From the human T2T-CHM13v2.0 reference genome, Homo sapiens: a stretch of DNA of 64,000 bases. Within the stretch, counting starts at the first letter, position 1, and every line of letters begins with the position of its first letter. Location of the stretch: the NCBI RefSeq assembly GCF_009914755.1, contig NC_060931.1; one strand, written 5' to 3'. Shown here in pieces: positions 14,117 to 28,045 of the stretch. The notes under the pieces were generated by a model. The model worked only from the letters and a program-made list of their open reading frames with translations, ran no database searches and was not told the origin of the DNA. The position numbers were made by a program, and so were the translations under genes.

Positions 14117-15902
14117 AAAAGTCCCAAAAGTTTAGAATCAGAAAATTGGAAGATTATGGAATGCTAAATATAGTCAAAATTTAAAACAAAGGCATGGAAG
14201 ATGACAGTTTGAAAAAATACAATTCGAGAGAAGACTCAGGACTTGTCTTTCAGCCTTGATAGATTAACTGGTATCAAACTTATCTTCATACTCCAGGCAT
14301 TTGACAATAGACAAGAGAGATCGGTGATTCTCCAGAGTAAAACACGAATTATGCCTTGTGTTCCTATTGGCTTTCTCCCTGGGGAACTCTGACAGTATAG
14401 CACGGAGGTAGTGCCCAAAAGTCTGAAGCATCTGAGGTGACTGCAGAGTGGGGTACATGAGGAAGGGCTGCTGAGCGAAAGAAGGCATTTGAGACCTGTG
14501 AGGAGTCTCTCAGGTGTTTGGTCCAGGGCTGGCCTGTACACTCAGAGAACAAACCTCAGCAAGCTCTAACAAGCTGCAAGTAGCTCAGATATACAAGAGG
14601 TTTGTTTAAGGTTAAAAGATGTGGAGAGAATTGCTGAGTATCTCAGGCATCCAGCTGAGAAACCATACAAATTACACCTTAAGAGTAATGACTATGCACC
14701 AGAATTAGGGTCATGATCTAGGGCTAAGGATGAACCAAAATACACTCCTCCTAACAAAGCATATAGCCAAGTCTTTGACAAAATCAAGAGAATCCCCAAA
14801 TAATTAAGCTGCCTGCCATAACTAAACAAAATAACCTTTAAAGGAAGACAACATAACCAAGCCTCTATAAAATGTACAATTTCCAGCATACAAGTAAAAA
14901 GTATTAGACATGAAAAAAGAATGTGACAAGTAATCTATAGAAAGAACAGTCAGTAAAAACCAACAACAAAATTATTCAGATGATAAAATTAGCACAAGGA
15001 CTTTAAAACAGCCATTACAAACATGTAAGAGATATGGTGGAAAATATAGACATAATGTGCGAAAAGCTGAGGATTCTTAGCAGAGAAATAGAAAAAACAA
15101 GATACCACATGGAAATTATAGAACTGAAAACTACCTTATCATAATTTAGAAAAATGACTACATTATATAAATAGTAAATTGGACATGCCAGAAGTAAAGG
15201 TCAGTGAACTTGAAGATAGATTAATAGAAATTACCCAAGCTGAAGAACAAAGAGAAGACTGAAAGAAAAATGGACTGTTGTTTGGTTTCCTGTGAGACTA
15301 TACCAAGCAATCTAAATCCAGAAATAAAGAAAAGATAGAATAAGTCAGAAAAAATTGAAAAATAATGGTGAAAATTTTCCACATTTGATTAAAAACATTA
15401 ACCTTCAGAATTAAGAGATTTAGAAAAAATACATGCCAGGTAAAAACAAACGCACTGAAAACCAAATATAAGAAGACAAGTTTAAGAGCAGCCATAGGAG
15501 GAAAATAAGACAAATTATATATAGTAGTATTATAAAAACAAATGATGGCTGATTTCTCATCAGAAAGAAAAAATGGATGCTATATTTAAAGTACTAAAAG
15601 TGAAAAAAAAGGCTTAGTCCAAAATTCTATATCCAGTAAAAATTACCTTAAGGAAAATGCTTGAAATTTTCAGCTAAGTTGAAAAGAGAGTTTGTTGGGA
15701 GAACAACTATACAACATGATATGCTAAATGAAGTTAAGTTGTAGAGAAATAATACTTGGTAGAAATTCAGATCTACTGGTAAAATAAATAGCAGAGGTTA
15801 TAAATACGTTAGCAAACTAACAAAACTTTTATCCCTGTTCTTAAATTATGCAAGTAGTAATTGACTGAATGAAGTAAAAAAGAGCTGTATTATACCATAT
15901 TG

Positions 15903-16259
15903 TTTCTATAGAGTGAAATGTTCACTTCCCATCATGTCTTGCTTCATATGTTGAAGCTCTACCCCCCAAAGTGATGGTGTTTATAGATGGAGAGGTAATT
16001 AGGATTAGGTAAGGTAGAATCGGAGGCCTTATAACAAGAGAAAGAGACATCAAATAGCTTGTTCCCTCTCTCTCCATTATGTGAGGAGACAGTGAGAAGA
16101 CAGCCATCTACAAGCCAGAAAGAGCCCTTAACAGAACCTAGACATGATGGAACTATGATCTTGAACTTCCCGGACTTCAGGACTTTGAGAATAGATTTCT
16201 GTTGTTTAAGCAACCAAGTCTATGCTATTTTGTTATTGTAGCCTGAGCAGATTAGTACA
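15903..16259 (+). mobile_element. MaLR solo LTR (MLT1A-like)
   Basis: 'tcatatgttgaagctctacccccc...tgtgaggagacagtgagaagacagccatctacaagccag...gatcttgaacttcc...tgttgtttaagc'. Confidence 0.85.
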
Positions 16260-16269
16260 ATTGTATATA

Positions 16270-16590
16270 CAGGTTGAGTATCCCTTATCCAAAATGCTTC
16301 AAATTTCTGATTCTGTCAGATTTTAGAACATTTGCAAATACATAATAAGGTCTTGAAAACAGGGCCAAAATCTAAGCACAAAATTCATCTGGGTTTCATA
16401 TATACCTTATACACCTAGCCTACAGGCAATTTTATGTAATATTTTGAATGATTTTTTTCATGAAATAAAGTTTGTGTTAAAGTACTGATGTGTGGAATTT
16501 TCCATTTATGATGTTATGTCAGCTCTCAAAAAGTTTTAGCTTTTGAAGCATTTTGAATTGCAGATTTTCAGATTGGGGTTGCTCAACCTG
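16270..16590. mobile_element. Tigger4/MER46-type MITE with TA TSD
   Basis: TA-caggttgagtatccc ... ggggttgctcaacctg-TA terminal inverted repeats. Confidence 0.9.
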
Positions 16591-17484
16591 TATTATACTA
16601 CATGATTTATGACATATGTATGGGTAAATTGTGTGATAGTAATATCAAAAAATATGGGAACTTAATGGAGATAATAGTTTAAGGTTTTTATATCTTACAT
16701 GGAATAATATGTGAGAATTAAATTATGATAAGTAATTACTAGGTCTGCCATTATAAAAATCCAATAGTGAAAATATAATAAAAAATATTCAAAAAGCAAC
16801 AACAAAGCAAAAAGCAATGAGCAAGAAACAGATGGGACAAATGGAAAATAGTGAATGGTAGATTAAAACATAATCATGTCAATACTTGCATGAAATATAT
16901 ATATATACATATATAAATTAATACTAAAAATAAAAGAATGTAAGAAGCATTTCAATTCACAGGAATATAAAATAACAGCATATACAAGTAAATCATAACC
17001 TTAAATATAACTAGTAAAAATTAAATTAAAATCATAACTTTACGCAAAGTAAAAAATAAAAACAAGGAATAGAAGCATTTGTAACTGTCAATGGAGATTT
17101 TAGCTTATTTTCCTCAATAAGTGATAGAACAAACAAACTAACAAGACAAAAGTATTAATGAGTGTATATTGGACCACAACTAATAAAATACACAATTTGC
17201 AAGCAGAGAGTACTTTATCTAACAATTTCAGAATATTCATTACTCAATTTTCTTACTAAAAATGCACATAGGACACACATAAATAGAAGTTTGAGGAGAG
17301 AGGAAAGTTATGAATAAGTCTAGAAAGTGAAGGAATGGTTGAATTAGGGAAACATGATCCTTTGCCAGGTAGCATTAGGGTTTATAGTGTCTCACGTGTT
17401 TATCGTGTCCAATCACATATCAATTTATTTAATACCAATATATGAGTATCTCTAAAGATGTAAAGTCAGGAAATTTAAAAAAAT

Positions 17485-17669
17485 ATATTTCAGAGAATCT
17501 AAGATGGCATTAGTTGTAAGATGTATCAATTGTATGTACTGCTAAGAAAAAATAGCTGCCAATTAAATTGTGACACGATACTTTTTTATGCAATGAATTT
17601 TAAGCAATATTGACTTACAGGTATTAAAATGTGGGGCAAAAAGGCATGTTTTTGATTGATGAAGTACAG
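17485..17669. mobile_element. Tc2-family MITE (MER104-like)
   Basis: 'tatttcagagaatctaagatggcat' ... 'gattgatgaagtacag-ta' degenerate TIRs; ~185 bp. Confidence 0.7.
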
Positions 17670-17899
17670 TATGAGAGGATCTAATAGAATAAGCATTGTA
17701 GAAAAAGATATTAATACCTGTTTTGTGATACTGGTAACAAGAAGCAATACTCAGAAAAGATATATGCTACAGGAAAGTACTCCAATATTAGAGGTAGAGT
17801 GAGTTAGTCCAATAACAGATTTAGTTTGAGCAACAATGAATGGACATTGATTCTCAGTTTTTTTGGAATGGGGGTGTATTTTAAGGAGGCAGATGTACA

Positions 17900-18100
17900 A
17901 AAATTTAGAGCATGAACTCTAAAGTTTGAATTGTACCACTTGCTATGTGATTTTGAACAATTTAAATCTGTGTTTCAGTTTTCTTTCTGTGAGCCTTGGC
18001 TTAGAAACAACTACTTTAGAAACTTCTCTTGAGGATGACAAGAGAGACTATACGCTTACTATGTAATTCATCAAAACTTTATATCTAGTAAATAATCAGT
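17900..18100 (+). mobile_element. MIR fragment
   Basis: 'gtttgaattgtaccacttgctatgtgattttgaacaatttaaatctgtgtttcagttttc'. Confidence 0.55.
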
Positions 18101-18214
18101 AAAAATAGTATGACTGTATCTCTCCCTAATAAAAGTATGCAAAAAGATCTGTTAGGTGGTTGTTGCAGAAGAAAGAAGAAGTGATAGCAATATTCCCTAC
18201 CCAACCCCTAAAAT

Positions 18215-18615
18215 TTGGTTCTTTTCCAGGGTTTCTTGTTTCATTGAATGGTTCCATCATCATCCACTAATACGAGGCAGACATCTGAGAACTATCTTCG
18301 GCACTTCTACCTCATTCCTCATCTGCCCCTTATTCTATCTAAATCAGAGTCCTATGTCTTTTTCTCCTTAATAAATTTCAAATGTATCCACTTACCTGAA
18401 TCTTTACCACCCCAACTCTAGACCAAACTATTAACCATTATTGTAATCTCTTACTTAGCTTAATTCAAAGTCCTCTTCATTGTCTACCATAGGTAATTCT
18501 TACCCTGTCATCTCCATTGACAGCTTCTATTCTCTTATCAAACTTTTCAACTATTACCATTGCATATAGGACAAAATATAATTCCTTCAATATTCTTTGC
18601 AATCTGGCCCAAATC
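18215..18615 (+). mobile_element. L2 fragment
   Basis: 'tcattgaatggttccatcatcatccac...aactatcttcggcacttctacctc' L2-like CT-rich sequence. Confidence 0.6.
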
Positions 18616-19261
18616 TATCATTGGTTGTGGTAATTAACTAGGAAGGGGAAAAAAGTACATTCATTAAATCAAATTATATTTAAAATTTAGACCAATTCTC
18701 TGTTACTGAACTGGCAAAAGGAGGCCATTTTGTGTTTGTGGTGAACATGCACTACATTATTACAAGGATGAAATTCTTTATTAGGATTAGGAAAATTATA
18801 CTAGAACATTGAAATGAGCAGCATATCAGGTGGTGTGGGGCTCTAGAAACAGGAAATCAGGGACAGGATGAAAGGAGACCTTGAGCAGTCACCTTGAGGT
18901 GAGTCTCACATTGGCATAGGCTGAACTCTGTGCATGGAAAGCACAGGGAAAGTTTGGATGCTGCAGATTTAAATTCAGGCCAGGTGTGCAGACATCCAGC
19001 AATGAATTAAGGTAAATTATGTGATTGGCAGAATAAGGTGGGGGTAGTACAAACTGGCTCAAGGAGCTGTTGAATATGAAAACTAGGGATGAAGCAAGTT
19101 CAGGAGTATGACCAGAGCTGGATTCTGAACACGCAGGTATGCCCTACTGCCACATCCCCCTTCCCATCCTTATTCTGCCATTCTAAATATGATCTAATTA
19201 CATAGAAATTCATTTTGAGATTATGCATATTACTTTTTTCTATGTTGCTGCAGACTATGTT

Positions 19262-19417
19262 CAGTAGTTCTTAATTTTTACATGCAATTAGAATCACCAG
19301 AGAAACTCCTAGAATTTCTGATTCAGTGGGTGTGGATTAGGGCCCAAGAACCTGCATTTCTAATGAGGTTACAGGTGATGCTGATGCTATCTGGAGACCA
19401 CATTTTTAGCACGACTG
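19262..19417. mobile_element. MER5A-like hAT-Charlie MITE
   Basis: 'cagtagttcttaa...agaatcacc...ctgcatttctaa...aggtgatgctgatgct...gaccacattt...gactg'. Confidence 0.85.
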
Positions 19418-20439
19418 GGATATATTTAAGTGTTGTAAAGATATAGAAAAATCCTAATTCATCTGAACTCCCTTTGGGGAGGGCGTACTGCATATTAGGA
19501 AGAAATATTAGTGTTTGGAGAGGGGAATGAGACTCCAAAATGTATGCTTAACAGGGTGGCTTCTCATTCAGATACTACTGTTCATTAGAAGCCTCTTTGC
19601 TTTTCTGAGCTTTGGCATGAATTGGGATATGCATGTCTGTGGAGCAAAGCTAAGGCTGAATTTAATCTCTCAACATTAAAAAGAGACAAGGAATTAAAAT
19701 ATATCAGAAATAGAGTGGAGAGGGGCCAGCAAGAATTCATGCAGAGAGGAGAAGAGAAACAAAAATAAGTCTCTAAGCAATCGTAAGCCCCAAGTGGAAC
19801 TTAGCAAAAGGAAAATGTGTAAGGGATTTTTAAGCAATTAGCTCTGGGTAAGTGAGATTGTAAATGATCAAAAATGCTTTGAAGCAAAAGAATCCTTTGC
19901 CCCAGTTGAAGCATAGTGCTGTGTGGACACAGGAATCAGAGGATGAGGGGGAAGCCGATAACTGGTTAAAATAGTCTTATAAAATAGGATTAAAATAACA
20001 ATTTTACTATTTAAATTAAAGCTGCAATTATGATGATATTTTCTCTGTCATATTTTAACATTTGCTATGTATGCACCCTTTTCAAATGAAATAAACATTT
20101 CAAAGCTGTCAACTGATAAGAAATTAGAATTATAAATCTCAAGAGCTTGTGGGACAAGTAGATCAGGTAAGAAGGAATATTCCTTCAAATGATGAAAAAT
20201 AAACAAGTTCCAACTCATTTAATATCCCATGTTTCTAGAGACAAATTAAAGTCAAGGTCATAATATCTAAGAATATTCCCTTGTTCATAGTCATTAATTC
20301 CCAGACTTATTCATCTTTGCTAAAATAACAAAGTGCTGACCTGACTAGTTAATTAGATAAGCAAGAAGAGAAATATTTTACAAAAACAAAATAGTAAATG
20401 ATCTGGAGATCTTTGTTTTTAAAATAAAATCTTCACCTC

Positions 20440-20830
20440 TCTTTTTCCAATCTTAGAATATATACCTTTATGGAAAAAGTAAAAATATAGAAAATTAAAA
20501 ATCATAAAATAAAAATCAGCTGCACTGCAAACTGGTACAGATATTTTGGCATATTATTTACTTATATCTGTTCTTGTACACATCACAGAAAAAAACAATT
20601 AAATACTCTACATTCAAAACTGCATTTATATGTCACTTTATTTTTATTTTTGACTTTTCAGCTTCAGATGTTTCTCATATAAGCAGTATATTCTTAAAAC
20701 ATATATTGCTTTTATCCAAATCAGATAGATGTTCTTTCTTAATGGGAAGTTTAATTATTTTCCATGTGCTGATATTTGGTATGTTATTTTTATGTATTAG
20801 TATTTATACTATTTAAAATTATTTTCATTA
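20440..20830 (-). mobile_element. L1ME 3' fragment
   Basis: T-rich degenerate L1ME-like 3'UTR motifs. Confidence 0.4.
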
Positions 20831-21678
20831 ATTGTCATATTAATTATATAGGTATATATTGGCTTTCACATTTTTAAAATGATTTAGTGTTTATATAGTA
20901 GAGTTTAAAATATTACATGTGATTAAATTTATTTTCAAAGTTGTCATGTTCAGGATGAATATCATTACTTACAACTCCCTCAATGTAAAATGAAGAATCT
21001 AGTATAATATTCTCTTGCTCTCCAATTTCTCTCAAAGAAATATGAACTCAGTATATACACTCAAGTCATTATTATTAATTTGGGGGGGCATCAACGTTTA
21101 AGAATCATTAATGATGTTTTCTTTTTGTGATTTCATTCCCATATTGTCAAATATTTTTGTCCCTCATACTAGCATTATGATACGCTAGTATATCCCCTGG
21201 CACACTGGTGTGCAAAAGTATTTGTTGAATTAATAAGCAATCTAAACTTAATATAAAATAGCCATCACAAAGATGAGAGATACAATCAGGGCTTATGCCA
21301 TTCTATAAATCCATTCTTCTCTATTTCGGAGTTTATATTTTCAATTAGTGCATTTTCGGGGCAGGTTACATAGATCATTTTTTATTCTGTGTTCTAATTT
21401 TTTATGTCCAAAAATCTTTTCACATTGCCCTTCTACATTAATGACAAGGTAAAAATAAACCAGGATTGAATGAGTTTAAAATAAACCAGGGTTACATGAA
21501 TTTTCCCTAAAAGTGGTCTCATTATTTATATATGTGTGTTTATTATTTTATTTTCTTTATAATCAAAATTCAAGCCTTCTTCAAAATATGTCAAATGAGT
21601 GTTCTTTTAGTATTATTTGAACCTGGAGTACAGTGAATTCTTGCAGTCAGCAGTTTACTTTAAAAAAAGTAAAACATC

Positions 21679-22525
21679 CTTTTTTATGGCTGCATAGTAT
21701 TCCATGGTGTATATGTGCCACATTTTCTTAATCCAGTCTATCATTGATAGACATTTGGGTTGGTTCCAAGTCTTGCTATTGTGAATAGTGCCACAATAAA
21801 AATACATGTGCATGTGTCTTTATAACAGCATGATTTATAATCCTTTGCGTATATACCCAGTAATAGGATGGCTGGGTCAAATAGTATTTCTAGTTCTAGA
21901 TCCTTGAGGAATTGCCACACTGACTTCCACAATGGTTGAACTAGTTTACAGTCCCACCAACAGTGTAAAAGTGTTCCTATTTCTCCACATCCTGTCCAGC
22001 ATCTGTTGTTTCTTGACTTTTTAATGATCGCCATTCTAACTGGTGTGAAATGGTTTCTCATTGCGGTTTTGATTTGCATTTCTCTGATGGCCAGTGATGA
22101 TGAGCATTTTTTCATGTGTCTGTTGGCTGCATGTCCTTTGTAGGGACATGGATGAAGCTGGAAACCATCATTCTCGGCAAACTATCGCAAGGGAAAAAAC
22201 CAAACACCACATGTTCTCACTCATAGGTGGGAATTGAACAATGAAAACACTTGGACACAGGAAGGGGAACATCACACACCGGGGCCTGTTGTGGGGTGGG
22301 GGAAGGGGGAGGGACAGCATTAGGAGATATACCTAATGTTAAATGGCGAGTTAATGGGTGCAGCACACCAACGTGGCACATGTATACATATGTATCAAAC
22401 CTGCACGTTGTGCACATGTACCCTGGAACTTGAAGTATAATAAAAATAAAAAAAAAGAATTTGCAAAAAAATGGGCATGGACATTCTTCGTAAACAATAA
22501 AATACAAAAATAAAAAATGAAAAAA
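21679..22525 (+). mobile_element. L1PA4-like insertion with 5' inversion (21679-22132 antisense, 22130-22456 sense) and putative 3' transduction; 18-bp TSD
   Basis: Minus-strand ORF 21741..22115 is the L1 ORF2p C-terminus ([16 protein letters not shown]...); sense 3'UTR and A tail follow; TSD taaaaaaagtaaaacatc at 21661-21678 and 22526-22543. Confidence 0.95.
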
Positions 22526-24336
22526 TAAAAAAAGTAAAACATCATGGAAATATTTTTGAATATCACAACATGTTTCTGTTTTCTTTATGCCAGTTTATGT
22601 CTTAAAATGTAGTTCATCCGTGATTTAGAACTACACTCTCTCTATATTCTCTGCTTTTGATATTCATCATGTTTTTCACAGGTATTGTGTTTAAGGATAT
22701 TTTTAGTCTATTTTCCAAATTGTGGATTTGACTTTGCGTATGACAGAATCTGTTCTTTCTTAACTCTTATGCAAATATGTTTTCTGCTTACGTCTTTAGT
22801 TTCTTAGCATTTGTTGTATATATAAACCAGTTCTCATTTTATTTAATCTTTAATACCTTATTTTAGGCAGACTATTATTTGTTAATATTTCTGAAAACTC
22901 AAACTGAATATAGTCTTACCTATACTGATGTATCCTGTAGTAAATAGTTTTTATAGTTCTACTTTCCTTCTGCTTATTTTAGGGAAACAGTTCCATGCTC
23001 ATGTTACAGAATATCTTACAAGCCTCTCTGTCTATATATATTTTTTAAGCCTCTATATTTTTATTTTTCATTTTCCCCACCCTCCAATGTATACAATTCT
23101 AAAGCAGTAGAGATCTACTTTGATTAAGAGGTTGCTGATTGTCCCTCTATGCTTTATTTATTTCCACAGATGTTTATTTCTGAGATCTTAAGTTATATTA
23201 TTTAGATAAGTTTTGCTTAGGGCTTACTTTCCCCACTTTGTATTAAGCACTTATATCATGTAGTTCTGCTGCCCTGACATGAGGATTTTACATTTTTTCA
23301 TAGCCTTTTTCTGGTCTTAATTTGAAGCAATCTGTAGGTTTTGTTTTGTTTTGTTTCTTTGCATGCAAACACTATTCTTTCTAGAGCATACAGCTGTCTG
23401 TGCTCATTTTGTTTTTCCTTTATTTTACTTTAGATGACTTAACTCAGAATAAAAGGCACCATGACAGATCCCCTTCTGTCTCAGACTGTGTGGCCTTATA
23501 GAATTGTCTGATCTGGTATATAATAAGTAGTGACGCTGAGAGGAGGAAGCAGTTCTCCAGCAATACACAGAGGCTTCCTTCAGGAGGAAGACTGACCTAG
23601 AATCTTTGATGGCACAGGATCTAAGTCTTCGATGTGGAAGTGAGGTTGGGAGGAAGGCTTCTTTTTCTTTTTTGTTCCCCAACTCTTTTGTTATTTCAGA
23701 AATCAGTGCGAGTCGCTATTTTACAATATCCAAATCTGACCCATTCATTTGTTTGAAAATTCTGTTATCCTAGGTAAAAGAAGCAGCATGGCTCAATGCA
23801 TTGTGGCTTGAGGAATCATAGTGATTCTAGGAACTAAAATGTAGTCAGCTGCACCAGAGCACGTCAAGCGAGAGTATGATGCAAAACAAAGCTAGAGGAT
23901 CCAACAACACAACGCATCTTAACAGGTGTAAAATATCAGCCCTGTTTAACAAATGTTGCCTTTCTCCTAAGAACAGTGGTGAGCCATCGATTTCCAGTGG
24001 TTTTCCATTTTTCCTAGAGTAAAAACCAGACTCCTCTCCCTGACTCATGAAGTCCTGTATTCCAACAGGCTTTGCCTGCCTCCCTGGCACCATCCACTCT
24101 ATTTCTCCGACCTGCCCTAGCAGCACTGCTCCTCTCTCCATTTCTCAAAGATGCCAAGCTTGATCTCACCTCAGAAATTTTGCACAAATGTTCTATCCTT
24201 CACAAAATTTTTATGTGGATATTCATGTTTGCTCACTCTTGTCATTCATAGAGACATTCTTTGACTCCCTGCCCCATTCTGAATTTTTCTTTTGTATTAA
24301 CTAGCTGTAATTTTCTGCAGAGTCCCTATCACTAAT

Positions 24337-24388
24337 ATAATATATATATATAGAGAGAGAGAGAGTAGCGATGTGTGTGTGTGTGTGT
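24337..24388. repeat. Compound (TA)n(GA)n..(TG)n microsatellite
   Basis: tatatatatatagagagagagagagtagcgatgtgtgtgtgtgtgtg. Confidence 0.9.
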
Positions 24389-24500
24389 ATAAAACATACA
24401 TATTATTTATGTTTTGTTTTGTTTTCTTTGCGTGCTTATTGTCTATTATCTCCACTCACATAAGCTCTGTTCAAATGGAGGTCTTGCCTATCTTGTTTAC

Positions 24501-24530
24501 TGTTTTGTTGTTGTTGTTGTTGTTGTTTTT
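24501..24530. repeat. (TTG)n microsatellite
   Basis: tgttttgttgttgttgttgttgttgttttt. Confidence 0.9.
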
Positions 24531-24940
24531 ATCAGGGAAAAGAAAAGTATGTAATATTAAGTATGAGCTCAACAATATTTATCATATGCTAAATGGAGTC
24601 TTCTATTCCTGGCTTACATAATAGGATGCATATATGAAGTTTCACAAAAATAGAAAATACTAGAAGAGGCCCAGGTTTGCAGTGAGGAGTTGGGAGGGGA
24701 ACATAGTACATTGCAAATGAGATACTATTGGGACAAAAATGAAACAGGACAATTACTTGGATGTGGGTAAGAAATATCACTTGAATTGTGAACAAATGAT
24801 ACTTAGGTCTTGAGTGAAGATGGAAATACCTAGGAAGAGATTATGGGTTCAGATCATGATATTGTTTTATAAAGCTTCTGCACACATTTAAAGTCAGCGA
24901 TATTCACAACACTAGTGGTAGTCAAGGTTCTCATAAAAGT

Positions 24941-24980
24941 TGATAATGATGATGGTGATGATGATGACGATGATGATGAT
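24941..24980. repeat. (GAT)n microsatellite
   Basis: tgataatgatgatggtgatgatgatgacgatgatgatgat. Confidence 0.9.
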
Positions 24981-24989
24981 ATGTGTGCA

Positions 24990-25200
24990 TAAACTTGGAA
25001 TTCCAAAACAAATTCCTAGGATTTGAATCTCAGCTTTGTGTGACTCTTAACTATTAGTTAACTCTCCTGTCTCTTACTTTCCTCATCTATAAAATGGGGT
25101 TAATAATGCTTTACACCATATTGGTTTCTTACAAAAATTAAGATAATAAGACATCTAAAACTAATGCCTAACCAGTAGAAAATTTATGCTAGTGTGGTAA
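24990..25200 (+). mobile_element. MIR
   Basis: 'gatttgaatctcagctttgtgtgactc...tttcctcatctataaaatgggg' MIR core. Confidence 0.75.
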
Positions 25201-25737
25201 TTATAAACATTTTTATGTCTCTCTCTTTTTCTCTTTCATACTGGTATATAGTTATATATCGCAAAATGAGCAATTCGAACTGAAATAGGCAATTTACATG
25301 GAAATGTACATATAATTGTGTAATCAAAACACCAATTTAAATATAAAACATGTCCATCACCCCAGAAATTCACTCAAGTCTCATTCTACATAATAACCTT
25401 TCTTCCTAAAGGCAAATCCTATTTGGAGTTCTGTTTTGCCTGTTTATGAAATTCATAATAACAGAATCTTACGATATGTACTCTCTCGTGTTTGGCTTTG
25501 TTTGCTCACTACAAAGGTTTTGAAATTCTTCCATAGAACATACATAGTTCATTCCTTTTTATTGTTAAGTGCCACATCATCATGTGAAATTATCAAAATT
25601 TTTCTCTTCATTCTTCCATTGACAAAATGAGTTGTTGCCAATATTTTGCTATTCCAAATAAGGCTTCAAAAGTCACTTTTGTAGAAGGTCTTTAGTCTGA
25701 CATATATTTTATTTTACTTTGGTTAAATATATTAAAG

Positions 25738-26061
<324 letters not shown>

Positions 26062-27733
26062 TTAAAGCAGAATTTAAAAATCATTGCATAGATACACATT
26101 TAACTTCTTAAGGAACTATTAAGTAATTTCCCAAACTATTTGTACAGCAATATATGAGAATTCCAATTGATCAAAATTCACTCCTACATTGAGTATGGTA
26201 ACATTAGTAAATTTAGCCATTCTAGTGGGTAGAAAATGGTATTTCACTTTGGTTTTAATTTGTATCTCCCTGATAGCTATTGAACATTTTTTCCCATGTA
26301 TTTATAGGCCATTTATATTTCTTCAAATATAAATTTCTTCATATATATTTCAAAATCCATTAAGTGTCATCCAAGACATTTGCTCAGTTTTAAGCTGAAT
26401 TTAATGTGCTTTGTGTCATAGGTTCAGAGGAGTTTTAAAAAATATTTATTCTGGATATTAATCCCTTGTCATGCATATATGTATTGTGAATATTTTCCCC
26501 TGTTTATGGCTTGCATTTTCATGTTCTTAATGATATATTTTCATTGATATTTTTGTGTAGTCCACTTTATCAATATTTTATTTTATGGTTAGTGCCTTCT
26601 GTATTTTGTGTTAAGTTTTGCCTTTCCCTAGGTTACAAATATATCATATTAAGTTTACGTTTGTGAATAATATAAATAGGAGTCAAATTTAATTTTTCCC
26701 ATATCTTGTGGTTCCTGACCATTTGTTGAAAAGTATCTCATTAAAGTCTATATTGCTACACTGGTGACATTTCTTTCTTCAAAAAAAAAAAAAAAAAGCA
26801 ATTAACTGCAGACATGTGTGTTTATTTCAGACATGTGTCTTTATTTTGGTAACGTCTATTCTATTCCACTAATCTATGTGTCTATTCTTATGCCAGACCC
26901 AAAACAGTCTTACCTGTAGATTTAGAATTATATATAAGTACCATCCTATAAGTTATTTAACTTTATTCAACATTAGAAATGGTTTTGTTTATTTTGGGCC
27001 CTTTTATTTCTAAATAAATTTTAATATCAGTTTGAAAAGTACAATAAACATCTGCCATTTTGACTGAGTTTTCATTGAAAGTACAAATCAAATTGGGTAA
27101 AATATTTACAATATTGCATGTTATGTATTTATGCAGTTATATATCTATATATTTATTGAGGTCTTTAAACATTTTCTCAGAAGTAGTTTGTAGTTTTCAA
27201 ATTTGAGACATTGAAAATAATGCTGTATTTTAAATTTCACTTCCAAATTTTTTCTTGCTAACGTATAGACATGCAATTTTATTTTCTAACATTGTATTCT
27301 TGAGTATTGCTAAATTTGATTATTTTAAACTTTTTTGGATTGTCTACATTTAATTATGATATCTATAAATAAAAACTATCTTCTTTTTTCCCAAACAATA
27401 TGCCTTTTATTTATTTCTCTTGCTTAACCAAACTGTCTTGAACCTCTAGTACAACATTGAGTAAACATGGTAAAAGCAAACATCCTTAATTTTTCCTGAT
27501 ATAAGGGGAAAGGGACTAATGAATGTTTCTCTAATAAATAAGATGTTACCTGTAGCTTTCTAAAAATGTCCTTATTTATGTTAATAATTATCTTTTCTTA
27601 TTTTCTGAGAGTTTTTATTATTAATATCTGTCAATATTTACTAAATGCTTTTGTGTTTCTATGCATCTATCTATATAAACTAATGAATAATTATATCCAT
27701 CTCAATGTTTTAATCCTTTGTTTGTAAGATTAA

Positions 27734-28045
<312 letters not shown>

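Larger units (their letters stand above)
14260..17280 (+). mobile_element. Old L1M relic (5'UTR, ORF1, start of ORF2), interrupted by MLT1A and Tigger4 derivative
   Basis: ORF1-like 'ggtcagtgaacttgaagatagattaatagaaattacccaagctgaagaaca' ~15200; 'atggctgatttctcatcagaaa' ~15545; endonuclease-region motifs ~17090-17240. Confidence 0.7.
23995..24590 (+). mobile_element. L2 3' fragment containing microsatellites
   Basis: 'ccagtggttttccatttttcctagagtaaaaaccagactcct...gtcttgcctatcttgtttactg...gagctcaacaatattt'. Confidence 0.7.

Noticed and set aside
18800-19140. G-richer block (also 51380-51610) that could be regulatory or exonic
   Set aside because: No CpG enrichment or recognisable motif; probably very old LTR remnants that I could not assign.
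21741-22115. 124-aa ORF with clear protein similarity
   Set aside because: It is the L1 ORF2p C-terminus in a truncated, inverted insert, not a host gene. The same applies to 55330..55611, 55738..55980 and 32102..32296.
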